Assembly: GCA_027311065.1 (NCBI GenBank) | Contig: DAICZP010000091.1 | Span: 155 to 64,154 of the forward strand | DNA from: Thiomonas sp. | GTDB lineage: Bacteria; Pseudomonadota; Gammaproteobacteria; Burkholderiales; Burkholderiaceae_C | Direction: 5' to 3' | Length of the DNA stretch: 64,000 nucleotides | Shown here: piece by piece, positions 23,735-33,932 of the stretch | Layout of the letters: each line of letters opens with the position of its first letter | How positions within the stretch are numbered: the stretch's first letter is position 1 | Program-made: the position numbers and the translations under genes | Notes under the pieces: generated by a model | What the model saw: only the letters and a program-made list of their open reading frames with translations | Told to the model about the DNA's origin: nothing | The model's database searches: none

Positions 23735-24694
23735 TCAACGTTGAAGCTGCGGCACGGCTTCGCCACGCCTCCACGCGTCGACGACCTCGATTGCGTGTGC
23801 GTAAAAACTGGCGAGGTTCTCTCGGATCGCGTAACCGAGATGCGGGGTTAGCAGGACGTTGTCCATCCGACACAGCTCGTGTTCGTTTGACAACGGCTCC
23901 TGCCAGAATACGTCCAGCCCCGCACCCGCTATACGCCGGGTTCGCAGGATCTCGAGCAAGGCCTGCTCATCCACCAGACCGGCTCGAGCCGTATTCACAA
24001 GAATGGCGTCTTTTCGCATCCTGCAAAGGTCGCTCCTGGCAATGATGTTCGAGGTTCGCGCGGAGAGGACAAGGTGCAGGCTCACGACGTCAGAGCATTC
24101 GAACAGTTCAGCCTTGTCGACTGCAGTAGCTCCGAGCTGTTCGGCGCGTTCTGATGTCAGGTGGGGACTCCAGGCAAGAACCAGCATGCCGAAGGCTCTC
24201 CCGATATTGGCCATGCGACTACCGATTCTGCCGAGGCCGACGAGTCCAAGTATTTGCCCATGAAGTCCGCGTGCCAGGTCCGGTTGCCACCGCCCGGCAC
24301 GCAGCGCGCGATCCGAATGCGGAAATCGCTTGTACAACGCCAGGATCAACAACCACGCCATTTCAGCAGTAAATGCAACGCCTTGCGACGAACCCTGCGC
24401 GGCGCAAGCCGCGATACCCACGCGTTCGCAGGCATCCAGATCGATGGAGGCGTTACGCGTGCCCGCGCTCACGAGGAGCTTCAGGCGTGGCAAGGCTTCG
24501 ATCACATGGCGCGGGAAGGCCGTGCGTTCGCGCATGACAATGACAATATCGAACGTGGCCAGGCGCTCAACGAGCAGCTGTTCATCGCGTGCCGGGCTGT
24601 TGAAGGCCTTGATCTCCATGTCGGTACCCAAGCGACTCCAGTCGGCCAGGTCGAGGGCGACGTTCTGGTAATCGTCGAGAATCGCGAGCCTCAT
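23735..24694 (-). CDS. D-isomer-specific 2-hydroxyacid dehydrogenase
   Basis: LAILDDYQ, MRERT, GLVGLGRIG, LVNTARAG, GLDVF and LTPHLGY. Start at 24694 or 24724. Confidence 0.9.
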   Translation of the reverse strand: MRLAILDDYQNVALDLADWSRLGTDMEIKAFNSPARDEQLLVERLATFDIVIVMRERTAFPRHVIEALPRLKLLVSAGTRNASIDLDACERVGIAACAAQGSSQGVAFTAEMAWLLILALYKRFPHSDRALRAGRWQPDLARGLHGQILGLVGLGRIGSRMANIGRAFGMLVLAWSPHLTSERAEQLGATAVDKAELFECSDVVSLHLVLSARTSNIIARSDLCRMRKDAILVNTARAGLVDEQALLEILRTRRIAGAGLDVFWQEPLSNEHELCRMDNVLLTPHLGYAIRENLASFYAHAIEVVDAWRRGEAVPQLQR

Positions 24695-24776
24695 GGGATC
24701 GGTCTCGTGTAGGGCTGGAGGCATACAGGCCGCGGGTCAGTCGTCATGGTTGCGCCAGTGGGCACATGCGTAGGCA

Positions 24777-25553
24777 TTAGCGTCCGACAAACACCGGTGC
24801 CCGCTTTTCCCGGAATGCCGCTTGCGCCTCCCGCGCGTCTTCCGTCCTGGCAATGACTGCGGTCATGTCCTGTTCATAGCGGTACCCGTCGCGCAGACTG
24901 AGCTCCTCAACCACGTTGAGTGCCTGCTTGCACATTCGGGTGGCAAGCGGACTCTTGCATGCGATGACGCGGCCTAGCTCCAGCGCCGTGGCCATGAGAT
25001 CCTCGGGCGCGACACAAGCCTCGGCCACGCCAAGGCGGTACAACTCGGCTCCTGAGACACGCTGACCGGTCAGCGCCATGCGGCGCAGGCGGGAGTGCCC
25101 AAAAAGCCGCATCGCATGGCGAGCACCGCCCATGAGGCCTACATCGATCTCGGGCAGCCCGAGCGAAGCCGCTTCGGATGCCACGATGATGTCGCTTGAC
25201 GCCACCATGGCCAGACCCGATCCCAGCGCCGCTCCATTGATCGCCACGATCACGGGCTTCGCGCATTCGCGGATCGCGTGGAAGCATTCGCGTGTTCTGC
25301 GCGAGTGCGCGCATAGAGCTCCAGGCTCCTTGATGAGCTCGGCGCGGCCCTTGAGGTCGGCTCCCGCGCAAAACACTTTTCCGTGGCCGGTCAGCACGAC
25401 AGCGCGGATGTCGTCGAGTTCTGAGATGCGATCGAGCGTGCTGGTGAGTTCGTCGTTGAGCGTGCGTGTGAGCGCGTTCACTGGCGGCGCATCGAGCATG
25501 AGTGTTGCGACGTGGTCGTCGACCTGGATCTTGAGTTGCGTGAGGTCACGCAT
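24777..25553 (-). CDS. Enoyl-CoA hydratase/isomerase family protein
   Basis: PPVNAL, FCAGADL, AINGAALGSG and GLPEIDVG. Confidence 0.92.
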   Translation of the reverse strand: MRDLTQLKIQVDDHVATLMLDAPPVNALTRTLNDELTSTLDRISELDDIRAVVLTGHGKVFCAGADLKGRAELIKEPGALCAHSRRTRECFHAIRECAKPVIVAINGAALGSGLAMVASSDIIVASEAASLGLPEIDVGLMGGARHAMRLFGHSRLRRMALTGQRVSGAELYRLGVAEACVAPEDLMATALELGRVIACKSPLATRMCKQALNVVEELSLRDGYRYEQDMTAVIARTEDAREAQAAFREKRAPVFVGR

Positions 25554-25806
25554 GCTTTGCCTCCGTGATTGGTGGACGTGAGATATACCTGCCTGGCGAC
25601 TCTAGGGCCAAGCTAGTCGCGCTGCCTAGATCACCCGCGCGATGCCTGCCTTGTCCGTTCGGACAAGTCTTCGGACATGCTCGCGGCGACAAGCCTGTTT
25701 TGAGCGCACATGCGTAGCCGGGCGCAACAGCGGCTTCTAGACTGAACCCGATCAAGGTTGCGCCTCGATCGGAAACGACGGCGGACCAATAAACCGAGAC
25801 CACGAC

Positions 25807-27012
25807 ATGCGCGAACAAGCTTTCATCTGCGACGGACTGCGTACCCCATTTGGCCGGTATGCAGGCTCTCTTTCCTCGATTCGGTGCGACGATCTGGCGG
25901 CAGTTCCGATCCGGGCTTTGATGGCCCGACATCCCAAGCTCGACTGGGCGGCGCTCACGGATGTGATCTACGGCTGCGCCAATCAAGCTGGCGAGGACAA
26001 CCGCAACGTGGCGCGCATGGCGTCACTACTCGCAGGTCTGCCGGTGGAAGTCTCAGGCTCGACCGTCAACCGCCTTTGCGGCTCGGGCATGGACGCGTTA
26101 GGCACAGCCGCTCGCGCCATACGCGCTGGCGAGGCCGGCCTGATGATTGCGGGAGGTGTTGAGAGCATGAGCCGTGCGCCCTTCGTGTTGGCAAAGGCGG
26201 AATCCGCGTACGCGCGTGTCGCTTCGATTCAGGACACGACAATTGGCTGGCGCTTCGTCAATGAGGCCATGAGAGCAGCCTACGGTGTCGATTCGATGCC
26301 TGAGACGGCCGAGAACGTGGCGACAGAATTCGGAGTCGACCGGGTTTCGCAGGATCGGTTCGCCATGGCAAGTCAGCGCAAGGCCGCTGCAGCGCAAGCC
26401 GCGGGCCGATTCGCCGAGGAGATCATTCCCGTATCTGTTCGTCGCGCAAAGACTTCTTCATTGCTTGTGGCGGAGGATGAGCATCCGCGCGAGACGACGT
26501 TGGAGGGCCTGGCCAAGCTCAAGGGCGTCGTCCGTCCAGATGGAACGGTGACCGCGGGCAACTCCTCGGGAGTCAATGATGGCGCCTGTGCGCTGTTGCT
26601 GGCTGGCGAGCAAGCCGCATCGAGGCACGGGTTGCAACCGCGTGCGCGTGTGCTCGGCATGGCGTGCGCCGGAGTCCCGCCACGCGTTATGGGCATCGGA
26701 CCGGCGCCGGCCGTGCGCAAGGTTCTCGAGCAAACCGGGTTGAGCCTGGGGCAGATCGACGTGATTGAGCTCAACGAGGCGTTTGCGTCGCAGGCTGTTG
26801 CTGTGCTGCGCATGCTCGATCTTGCCGAAGACGACCCCCGCGTGAACCCGAATGGCGGCGCCATCGCTCTTGGCCATCCGCTTGGCGCCAGCGGTGCCAG
26901 GTTGGTGCTGACTGCGATGCACCAACTGCATCGCACAGGGGGGCGCTATGCGCTGTGCGCGATGTGCGTAGGCGTCGGGCAAGGTATCGCGATGGTGCTG
27001 GAGCGCGTTTGA
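25807..27012 (+). CDS. pcaF: 3-oxoadipyl-CoA/3-oxo-acyl-CoA thiolase (PcaF/PaaJ-like)
   Basis: GCANQAGEDNRNVARM, NRLCGSG, NEAFASQ, GGAIALGHPLGASG and MCVGVGQG. Confidence 0.9.
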   Translation: MREQAFICDGLRTPFGRYAGSLSSIRCDDLAAVPIRALMARHPKLDWAALTDVIYGCANQAGEDNRNVARMASLLAGLPVEVSGSTVNRLCGSGMDALGTAARAIRAGEAGLMIAGGVESMSRAPFVLAKAESAYARVASIQDTTIGWRFVNEAMRAAYGVDSMPETAENVATEFGVDRVSQDRFAMASQRKAAAAQAAGRFAEEIIPVSVRRAKTSSLLVAEDEHPRETTLEGLAKLKGVVRPDGTVTAGNSSGVNDGACALLLAGEQAASRHGLQPRARVLGMACAGVPPRVMGIGPAPAVRKVLEQTGLSLGQIDVIELNEAFASQAVAVLRMLDLAEDDPRVNPNGGAIALGHPLGASGARLVLTAMHQLHRTGGRYALCAMCVGVGQGIAMVLERV

Positions 27013-27142
27013 TATTGCGGGCGCGTGCCGATCGAGCCCTTCGCTATGTCCGCGAACGCATGGCAGGATTGTGCGCACGTCGCCTTGGTGGCGTTTGGGG
27101 TGCTGGGTACATTGGTGCCTTGACCGTCAAGGAGATTCAAGC

Positions 27143-28375
27143 ATGGCCGACAAGCAGGGTCCACTTTCTCACATCAAGGTACTCGACCTTAGTCGCATCC
27201 TCGCAGCGCCATGGGCATCGCAGATCCTGGCGGACCTGGGCGCCGACGTCGTCAAGGTGGAGCGTCCGGGCTGCGGCGACGACACGCGTTCGTGGGGGCC
27301 TCCGTTCCTGAAGGATGCGCAGGGAGCTGACACGCGCGAGGCCGGATACTTCCTGGCGGTCAACCGCGGAAAGCGCTCGCTGACCCTCAGCCTGGACACC
27401 CCGGAGGGCCAGAAGATCGTGCGCGAACTCGCCGCGCAGGCCGACATCGTGCTGGAGAACTACAAGGTCGGTACGCTCGCCCGTTACGGTCTGGATCAAT
27501 CCAGTCTGCGCGCGATCAATCCTCGCCTCATCTACTGTTCGGTCACCGGATTTGGACAGACCGGTCCGCGACGCGAGCAGCCTGCATATGACTTCCTGAT
27601 CCAGGCCATGGGTGGTTTGATGAGTGTCACCGGCGAGCGTGACGGTCTTCCCGGTGGCGGTCCGCAGAAGGTGGGCGTTCCCATTGTCGATCTCATGACG
27701 GGCATGTACACAGCGGTCTCCGTGCTTGCGGCGCTGGCGCGGCGTGAGCGCACGGGGTTCGGCGACCACATCGACATTGGCATGCTCGATGTGCAGGTGG
27801 CAACGCTGGCCAATCAAGCGATGAACTACCTGATCTCGGGAAAGATCCCCAAGCGCAACGGCAATGCGCACCCGAACATCCAACCGCAGGACGTGTACGT
27901 GTGCGCCGACGGCGAGATCATCCTGGTGGTCGGCAACGATGGTCAGTTCGCGCGACTTTGCGGCGTACTGGGCCGTGACGCCTGGGCCACGGACGAGCGG
28001 TTCGCGACCAACGCCCAGCGTGTGCGCAACATCGGCGAACTCTCGTCAATGCTGCGCGACGACCTGTCGCGTTGGAAACGCCAGGCACTCATTGAGGCGC
28101 TCGATGCGGCCGGTGTCCCCTGCGGGGCGATCAATTCCGTCGCAGACGTGTTTGCCGACCCTCAGGTCGTCGCCAGGGATTTGCTTCAGCGGGTGCCGCA
28201 TCCGGCTGGAGTCGACGTGCCCCTGGTGGCAAGTCCGATGCGTTTTGCCGACGCAGACGTCCGGATCAGCGCAGCTCCACCGTTGCTGGGACAGCACAAC
28301 GAGGAGATCCTGCACGGCCTGGGCTATACGCAGGACAGCATTCGCAGACTGCGCGACGCGGGAGTCATCGGATGA
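27143..28375 (+). CDS. Family III CoA-transferase (CaiB/BaiF)
   Basis: VLDLSRILAAPW, LADLGADVVKVE, GDDTR, NRGKRS and YDFLIQAMGGLM. Start MADKQG after GGAG. Confidence 0.92.
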   Translation: MADKQGPLSHIKVLDLSRILAAPWASQILADLGADVVKVERPGCGDDTRSWGPPFLKDAQGADTREAGYFLAVNRGKRSLTLSLDTPEGQKIVRELAAQADIVLENYKVGTLARYGLDQSSLRAINPRLIYCSVTGFGQTGPRREQPAYDFLIQAMGGLMSVTGERDGLPGGGPQKVGVPIVDLMTGMYTAVSVLAALARRERTGFGDHIDIGMLDVQVATLANQAMNYLISGKIPKRNGNAHPNIQPQDVYVCADGEIILVVGNDGQFARLCGVLGRDAWATDERFATNAQRVRNIGELSSMLRDDLSRWKRQALIEALDAAGVPCGAINSVADVFADPQVVARDLLQRVPHPAGVDVPLVASPMRFADADVRISAAPPLLGQHNEEILHGLGYTQDSIRRLRDAGVIG

Positions 28376-28986
28376 CGGAAATGCGTCTGCATTGGTCGCC
28401 CAAGTCGCCGTTTGTGCGCAAGGTCATGATCTGTGCCCATGAACTCGGCCTCGCGCAGCGGCTTGAGTTGGTGCGTTCGGTCGCCGCTATGCGTGCTCCG
28501 AACCCTGATCTCATGCTCGACAATCCATTGTCGAAAATCCCGACACTGGTTCTGGCCGACGGCCGCGTTCTGTATGACTCACTCGTCATTTGCGAATACT
28601 TGAACGATCTGGCCCAGGGCACGCTATTTCCAGCCTCTGGATCCCGGCGCTGGCAGGTGCTGCGTTGGCACGCGTTGGGCAATGGCCTGCTGGACGCGCT
28701 GATCCTTTGGCGCAACGAGCGCGAACGTGAACAGCCGGATCGCGTTCTGCTTGCGGCCTTCGAAGCCAAGCTCGGTGCCTCTCTTGCCAGCCTGGAGCGG
28801 GAAGTGCCGGTTCTGCGCCAAGGGCCACTTTGCATCGGCCAGATCACACTGGGTTGCGCGCTCGGTTACCTCGACTACCGATTCTCTGCCATCGATTGGC
28901 GGGCGCAAGTGCCGGCAGTGGCGAACTGGAGCCGCGAAATCAGTTCGCGACCGTCCTTTGCTTCCACGGAGCCGTGTGATGGCTGA
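28372..28986 (+). CDS. Glutathione S-transferase family protein
   Basis: SPFVRKV, NPLSKIPTL, LYDSLVICEYL and LGYLDYRF. ATGA-coupled to the CoA-transferase. Confidence 0.88.
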   Translation: MTEMRLHWSPKSPFVRKVMICAHELGLAQRLELVRSVAAMRAPNPDLMLDNPLSKIPTLVLADGRVLYDSLVICEYLNDLAQGTLFPASGSRRWQVLRWHALGNGLLDALILWRNEREREQPDRVLLAAFEAKLGASLASLEREVPVLRQGPLCIGQITLGCALGYLDYRFSAIDWRAQVPAVANWSREISSRPSFASTEPCDG

Positions 28987-30517
28987 CTCGAACATGCAAA
29001 CGCGCGCGGCGCTGCCGATGAGCCAAGCGGTGTTGGTCCTGGGTGCTGGCACCATGGGGTGTGGCATAGCCGAAGTAGCGGCCACGGCCGGTCATCCGGT
29101 GTACCTTCACGATGCGAATCCGCAAGCCGTTGTCGCTGGCCTGGAACGGATAGCGTCCAGCCTCGCGCGAGGGGTGGCGCGTGAGCGCATGGCCTCCGAT
29201 CAGGCGGTTGCCATACGCGAGCGCGTCAGCGCCTGGGATGCCGGACAAACCAGAGTTCAGGTGGGGATGGTCATCGAGGTGATCGTGGAAAAGCTCGAGG
29301 CGAAAATTGATCTCCTGCGCGCGATCGAGGAGCAGGTTTGCGACGACACAATTCTGGCCAGCAATACGTCGTCGCTGTCGATTAGCGCGATCGGGGCCGC
29401 GTTACGTTGCCCGAAGCGTTTCGCGGGAATGCACTTCTTCAACCCTGCCACGATGCTTCCGCTGGTTGAAGTGGTACGCGGGCTAGCTACGGCCCCGAGT
29501 GTTCTGGAGACCATCGAGCACACGGCGCGCGCATGGGGTAAGTCTCCCGTTCTGTGCGATGCCTCACCCGGTTTCATCGTCAATCGCGTCGCGCGGCCCT
29601 TCTACGGCGAAGCATTGCGATCGTTGCAAGAGCACGCGACCGATCCTGCCACGCTGGATGCCATCATGCGCGAAAGTGGGGGGTTTCGGATGGGACCCTG
29701 CCAATTGATGGATCTCATCGGGCATGACGTAAATCTCGCGGTGACCCAGTCAGTGCATCAGGGTTTTTTCGGGTATGCCCGCTATCGTCCGTCGCCGGTG
29801 CAACAGGCGCTGGTGGACGCGGGCTGGCTGGGGCGAAAGACCGGTAAGGGTTTCTTTGACTATGCGGTCGACGCATTGCCCGAGCAGCCGCAAAGCTTGC
29901 CTGCGTACGGTTCTCGTCCGGCGCGTATCGAGTTCGATGCGGCCAGTGCCGCGCTGGCCCCGATCGTCGAAATGCTGCGCGCCCACGGAGGCGTTGCGGT
30001 GACCCCCGGCGCACCGACCGATCTACTGCGCGTCGACGGCCATGCGGTGGCTTTGACGGACGGCCGCAGCGCGGCGCAACGATCGGTCGACGCCGGCGAG
30101 CCGGTGATTGTCTTCGACCTGATGCTGGACTTGCGTGCGGCAACCCGCGTAGCGATCGCCGCGCCGGGGGGCGCCACTGCAGAGCACTTGGTGCGAGTCG
30201 CCGCAATGTTCCAGCTTCTTGGCAAATGCGTGAGCCTGGTCGACGACATCCCCGGCATGTTGGTTGCTCGCACGGTGGCCATGCTCGTGAACGAAGCGTT
30301 CGACGCTCAGCAGCAGGCGGTGGCCGCCCCAGAGGACATTGATCTGGCCATGCGGCTCGGCGTTAACTATCCCATCGGGCCTGTGGCCTGGGGCGAACGC
30401 ATCGGCCACGGGTATGTGCTTCGTCTGTTGGACCACCTTGCGCGAACCTGTGGAGCCGAGCGATACGCGGCCTCTCTACTTCTGCGCCGCAAAGCCTTGG
30501 AGCATGCTCGTGGTTGA
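28979..30517 (+). CDS. paaH: 3-hydroxyacyl-CoA dehydrogenase (PaaH-like)
   Basis: GAGTMG, SNTSSLS, GMHFFNPA, PGFIVNR and a duplicated C-terminal domain (GVNYPIGP). Start at ATG 28979. Confidence 0.85.
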   Translation: MADSNMQTRAALPMSQAVLVLGAGTMGCGIAEVAATAGHPVYLHDANPQAVVAGLERIASSLARGVARERMASDQAVAIRERVSAWDAGQTRVQVGMVIEVIVEKLEAKIDLLRAIEEQVCDDTILASNTSSLSISAIGAALRCPKRFAGMHFFNPATMLPLVEVVRGLATAPSVLETIEHTARAWGKSPVLCDASPGFIVNRVARPFYGEALRSLQEHATDPATLDAIMRESGGFRMGPCQLMDLIGHDVNLAVTQSVHQGFFGYARYRPSPVQQALVDAGWLGRKTGKGFFDYAVDALPEQPQSLPAYGSRPARIEFDAASAALAPIVEMLRAHGGVAVTPGAPTDLLRVDGHAVALTDGRSAAQRSVDAGEPVIVFDLMLDLRAATRVAIAAPGGATAEHLVRVAAMFQLLGKCVSLVDDIPGMLVARTVAMLVNEAFDAQQQAVAAPEDIDLAMRLGVNYPIGPVAWGERIGHGYVLRLLDHLARTCGAERYAASLLLRRKALEHARG

Positions 30518-31289
30518 ACACGCCAAGCACGTGCACATCGAGCGAATGGGCGCGGTCGGCATCGTGCGCATTGAACGTCCCGAGCGGCGCAATGCGCTGA
30601 ATCTGCAGGTCAAGAGCGAGCTCGTCGCTGCGCTGGAAACGTTGTTCTCGCAAGACTCGGTTCTTGCGGTCGTTCTGACCGGGACGGGCGGATGTTTCGT
30701 GGCCGGAACTGACATTGGCGAGATGCTCGGCATGCAGCCGCAGGATCATGTCCGATTGCGTACCGACGCCGTCTTCCAAACGCTGGCGCGCTCATCGAAG
30801 CCCGTGGTGGCTGCCGTTGAGGGCTACGCGCTGGGAGGAGGGTGTGAGCTGGCGATGGCGTGTGACATCGTTATAGCCGCCGACGACACCTACTTCGGCC
30901 AACCGGAGATTCGTGTCGGCATCATGCCGGGAGCCGGGGGCACGCAACGCCTCCTTCGATGCGCTGGCCCTGCCCGAGCGATGTTATGGGCTCTGACGGG
31001 CATGCGCATCAGCGCCGAGCAGGCATTGAAGGCCGGGATCGTCAGCGAGCTGGTGCCCTCCGGGCAAGCCCTTGCTCGCGCCATCGAGGTCGCCACGATG
31101 ATCGCGCGCATGCCGCCACTGGCCGTGCGATCGATCCGCCAGGCGGTGCGCGACGGCGGCGAGCTTTCGCTGAATCAAGGGCTGGCGCTCGAGCGCAGAC
31201 TGTTCGTGGAACTCTTCGGCTCGGAGGACCAGCGGGAAGGCATGCAGGCCTTCCTCGACAAGCGCAGCCCCGTCTATCGCGGCTGCTGA
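30504..31289 (+). CDS. Enoyl-CoA hydratase/isomerase family protein
   Basis: RPERRNAL, FVAGTDI, GYALGGGCELAMACD and GQPEIRVGIMPGAGGTQRL. Confidence 0.92.
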   Translation: MLVVEHAKHVHIERMGAVGIVRIERPERRNALNLQVKSELVAALETLFSQDSVLAVVLTGTGGCFVAGTDIGEMLGMQPQDHVRLRTDAVFQTLARSSKPVVAAVEGYALGGGCELAMACDIVIAADDTYFGQPEIRVGIMPGAGGTQRLLRCAGPARAMLWALTGMRISAEQALKAGIVSELVPSGQALARAIEVATMIARMPPLAVRSIRQAVRDGGELSLNQGLALERRLFVELFGSEDQREGMQAFLDKRSPVYRGC

Positions 31290-31295
31290 CCGATC

Positions 31296-32117
31296 TCAAG
31301 CGTACAAACGCTGAGGGTTGTCGCGCAGGATGGCGCTGCGCAGGGCGGGCGATGGGGTCCAGCGCAGCGCCAGATCCAACAGGCCCGTGGTCGATGGTGC
31401 TGGCTCGACGCGTAGGTGGGGCCAGTCGCTGCCCCACACGAGGTGGTCGGGATTCGCCCGCAGGAGCGCATGGTGGAAGGGCTCGCCCGCATCGGCCGCG
31501 GACATGTCCGGCAGGTTGCGATAAGCGCAGAGCTTGACCCATGCCTTGCCCTCGCTCAACAATCTCAGCAAGACTTGGAATCCATGGTCGTCGATCCCGC
31601 GCGACACGTCGAACCCTCCCATGTGGTCGATGACCACGGGCACTGGCAAGCCGCGCAGTACATCCTCGATGCCGACAAGCGCGCGGCAGTCCGTCCACAA
31701 CTCGGCGTGCAATCCTTCGCGCGCCATCGCGGGGGCCAGCGCGCGCAGGTCGTTGAGCGCCGCGCTGCCCGCGAAATTTGCGCCGCTGGCACTGCGATGA
31801 CTGAAGCGCAGACCCCGTACCCCGAGGGCGCGCAACCCGCTGACCGCCTGCGGGCGTTCACCGGGAAGCACCAGCACGCCGCGCAGGAACGGATAGTGGC
31901 GCAGCGCATCGAGCACGCAGCGGGCGTCGTCTCCGTAGGCGCTCGGGTGCACGAGCACACCATGATCCAGACCCAGGTGCCACAACACATCCACATAGGC
32001 ACTCAGCGTGGCCTGCGTTGGGGTGTAGCTACGCTCGGCGGCCAGCGGGTACGTGCAATAGGGCCCGAAAAGGTGGGCGTGGCAGTCCCAGCCGGTACTT
32101 GATGCGGTGTCCGTCAT
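31296..32117 (-). CDS. Amidohydrolase-2 family protein (LigI/lactonase-like)
   Basis: WDCHAHLFGP, PSAYGDD, VIDHMG, WVKL and VWGSDWPH. Confidence 0.85.
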   Translation of the reverse strand: MTDTASSTGWDCHAHLFGPYCTYPLAAERSYTPTQATLSAYVDVLWHLGLDHGVLVHPSAYGDDARCVLDALRHYPFLRGVLVLPGERPQAVSGLRALGVRGLRFSHRSASGANFAGSAALNDLRALAPAMAREGLHAELWTDCRALVGIEDVLRGLPVPVVIDHMGGFDVSRGIDDHGFQVLLRLLSEGKAWVKLCAYRNLPDMSAADAGEPFHHALLRANPDHLVWGSDWPHLRVEPAPSTTGLLDLALRWTPSPALRSAILRDNPQRLYA

Positions 32118-32683
32118 CGCAGGGACTCCTGCGGCAACGCGAACGCCGGCGTGACCCCGTCGGGCAATGGAATCTCGTGCGCGTTCAGGGTCATCGCCAC
32201 CATCGTGTAGTAGCCGATCAACGCCGTCAACTCCACGACGGTCGTGGTTCCCAGCAGCCGCAAGGCATCGGCATAGGTCGCATCGCTGACGGACTTGAGC
32301 GCATTGAGTTCGCGGGCGAATCGAACGACGACTTCCTCGACGGCGTCGAGTCCCGTGGGCTCGACCTGGCGTAGCAGCGCCTCAATTGTCTCGGCATTGA
32401 TCCCCGCGCGCTCGGCTTCCAGGCGATGCGCGTACCACTCGAATGCGGATTGGCAGTGCCGGCCTGTCACCAGAATCGCCAATTCGCACTGTCGGCGTGT
32501 GAGCGACGTGCGGTAACGCAGCAGTTCGCCGAAGGCCGACCAGCGTTCAGCAAGCTCGGGATTGTGCAGCGCCGCTCGAAGCGGCCCCTGAATGCGGCCG
32601 CGTGGCCCGCGGACAATGCTGTCGTGGACCCGCAACTGCTCCGGACTCATCGAGTCCGGGCTGAGAAGTTCAATGCGTGGCAT
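32114..32683 (-). CDS. Carboxymuconolactone decarboxylase/AhpD-like protein
   Basis: GPRGRIQGP...LHNPELA, ELAILVTG, FEWYAH and LIGYYTMVA. ATGA-coupled to the amidohydrolase. Confidence 0.8.
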   Translation of the reverse strand: MPRIELLSPDSMSPEQLRVHDSIVRGPRGRIQGPLRAALHNPELAERWSAFGELLRYRTSLTRRQCELAILVTGRHCQSAFEWYAHRLEAERAGINAETIEALLRQVEPTGLDAVEEVVVRFARELNALKSVSDATYADALRLLGTTTVVELTALIGYYTMVAMTLNAHEIPLPDGVTPAFALPQESLR

Positions 32684-32769
32684 GGGAGTCTCCTGGAGAC
32701 TTCAAAGCCTAGCCTGCGCGCGGCGCTCGCCGCCACGACGCGCGCCGCAACTCTGCTATGCGCGGTTGG

Positions 32770-33735
32770 TCAAGCGCTGCTCAGGGTCGACAGCATGCCC
32801 GCCTGCTGCATCTCCTGTAGGGACTGTGCGATCTGCGACGCCACGGCACGGACGGCACGCGAAGGCCCCTTGGTCTTTGCCATCGCCATCGACACCGTGC
32901 GTTGGAATCGCGGTTCGGTGATGCGGGCGGCCTGAAGCTGCCCAGAACGAACCTCGCTCCAGACGGCGTGCAGGGGCAGCACGGTGTAGAGTCCCTCGTG
33001 CATGACAAGGGATTTCTGCAAGGGCAACGAGTCCGCATCGATGACGGCCTCCAGGGTGATATTCATCTGGCGTGCCATCGAATCCAGCGCCGTGCGCAGG
33101 CCATTCGGCGCGCTCGGGAGAATGAAGGGCAGCGAATCCAACTGCGCGAAGGTAACATCGGTCGCTTCGCTCAAAGGGTCTCCTGGGCGCCCAATCAGGT
33201 AGCTGTCAACGATGGCCAAGGCTTGCTCGGTTTCCGGCAACGTCTTGTAGCGGTACAGGATCGCGATGTCGACGCGTGCATCGTTGAGCCATTCCTCGAC
33301 CTGTCCGCTGGATCCCTCAAGCACCTTGAGTCGAACCTGCGGAAGCTTGTCGCGCAGTTCGCGGAACAGGCGCCCGATCAATGGCAAACCGATCGAGGGA
33401 AGCAGGCCGACAGTGACGCGCCCCCTGGGTTCAACCTCGCGCCCGACGATTTCCTGCTCCAGCGTCTCCGCGCTTTCCAGGATGGCACGAACCTGCGGAA
33501 ACAGCCGCGCGCCCAGTTCAGACAACTCGACGCCGCGCCCCGTGCGATTGAACAGTCGACCGCGGCACTCACGCTCGAGCGCATTGAGCTGCCGGCTCAG
33601 CAGCGACTGATTGCTGTCGAGGTACATCGCCGCGCGTGTCAGGCTGCCGAGCTCGCCGATGGCGATGAACATGCGCCACTTGTTCAGATCAGCCAGAACA
33701 TCAATCTTGAATTCAGAGGGCTTGCTTCGATTCAT
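32770..33735 (-). CDS. LysR-family regulator (Nac-like substrate domain)
   Basis: HTH GSLTRAA...QSLLSRQLNALE, LFNRTGRGV and EGSSGQVEEWL. Confidence 0.9.
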   Translation of the reverse strand: MNRSKPSEFKIDVLADLNKWRMFIAIGELGSLTRAAMYLDSNQSLLSRQLNALERECRGRLFNRTGRGVELSELGARLFPQVRAILESAETLEQEIVGREVEPRGRVTVGLLPSIGLPLIGRLFRELRDKLPQVRLKVLEGSSGQVEEWLNDARVDIAILYRYKTLPETEQALAIVDSYLIGRPGDPLSEATDVTFAQLDSLPFILPSAPNGLRTALDSMARQMNITLEAVIDADSLPLQKSLVMHEGLYTVLPLHAVWSEVRSGQLQAARITEPRFQRTVSMAMAKTKGPSRAVRAVASQIAQSLQEMQQAGMLSTLSSA

Positions 33736-33793
33736 AGCGGCTCATGTCCATATGCCCTGTGCTCGAATACGGGCGAGGCGAGTTCATCGGGCT

Positions 33794-33808
33794 GCATACC
33801 AGTTATGC
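33794..33808. promoter_or_regulatory. Palindrome GCATA-N5-TATGC, candidate LysR recognition site
   Basis: Perfect 5-bp arms about 60 bp upstream of the LysR start in the divergent LysR/MFS intergenic region, the usual LTTR position. Function is inferred. Confidence 0.45.
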
Positions 33809-33932
33809 GCTGCGAGTGGCTGGCGCAGATGTCGCCAAGCCAGCACCATGGCGGCGTGCGCATGCTGGCGCACTGACACCAGAAGCCATCGGATGGTCTG
33901 AAAATACCGACGGCCACGCCTACGGAGACAAC

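Noticed and set aside
24762-25717. Exact 12-mer GCACATGCGTAG at 24762 and 25706, both intergenic in the CoA cluster
   Set aside because: It is not palindromic, and exact 12-mer pairs are expected by chance in 64 kb. Worth revisiting only if conserved in orthologous clusters.
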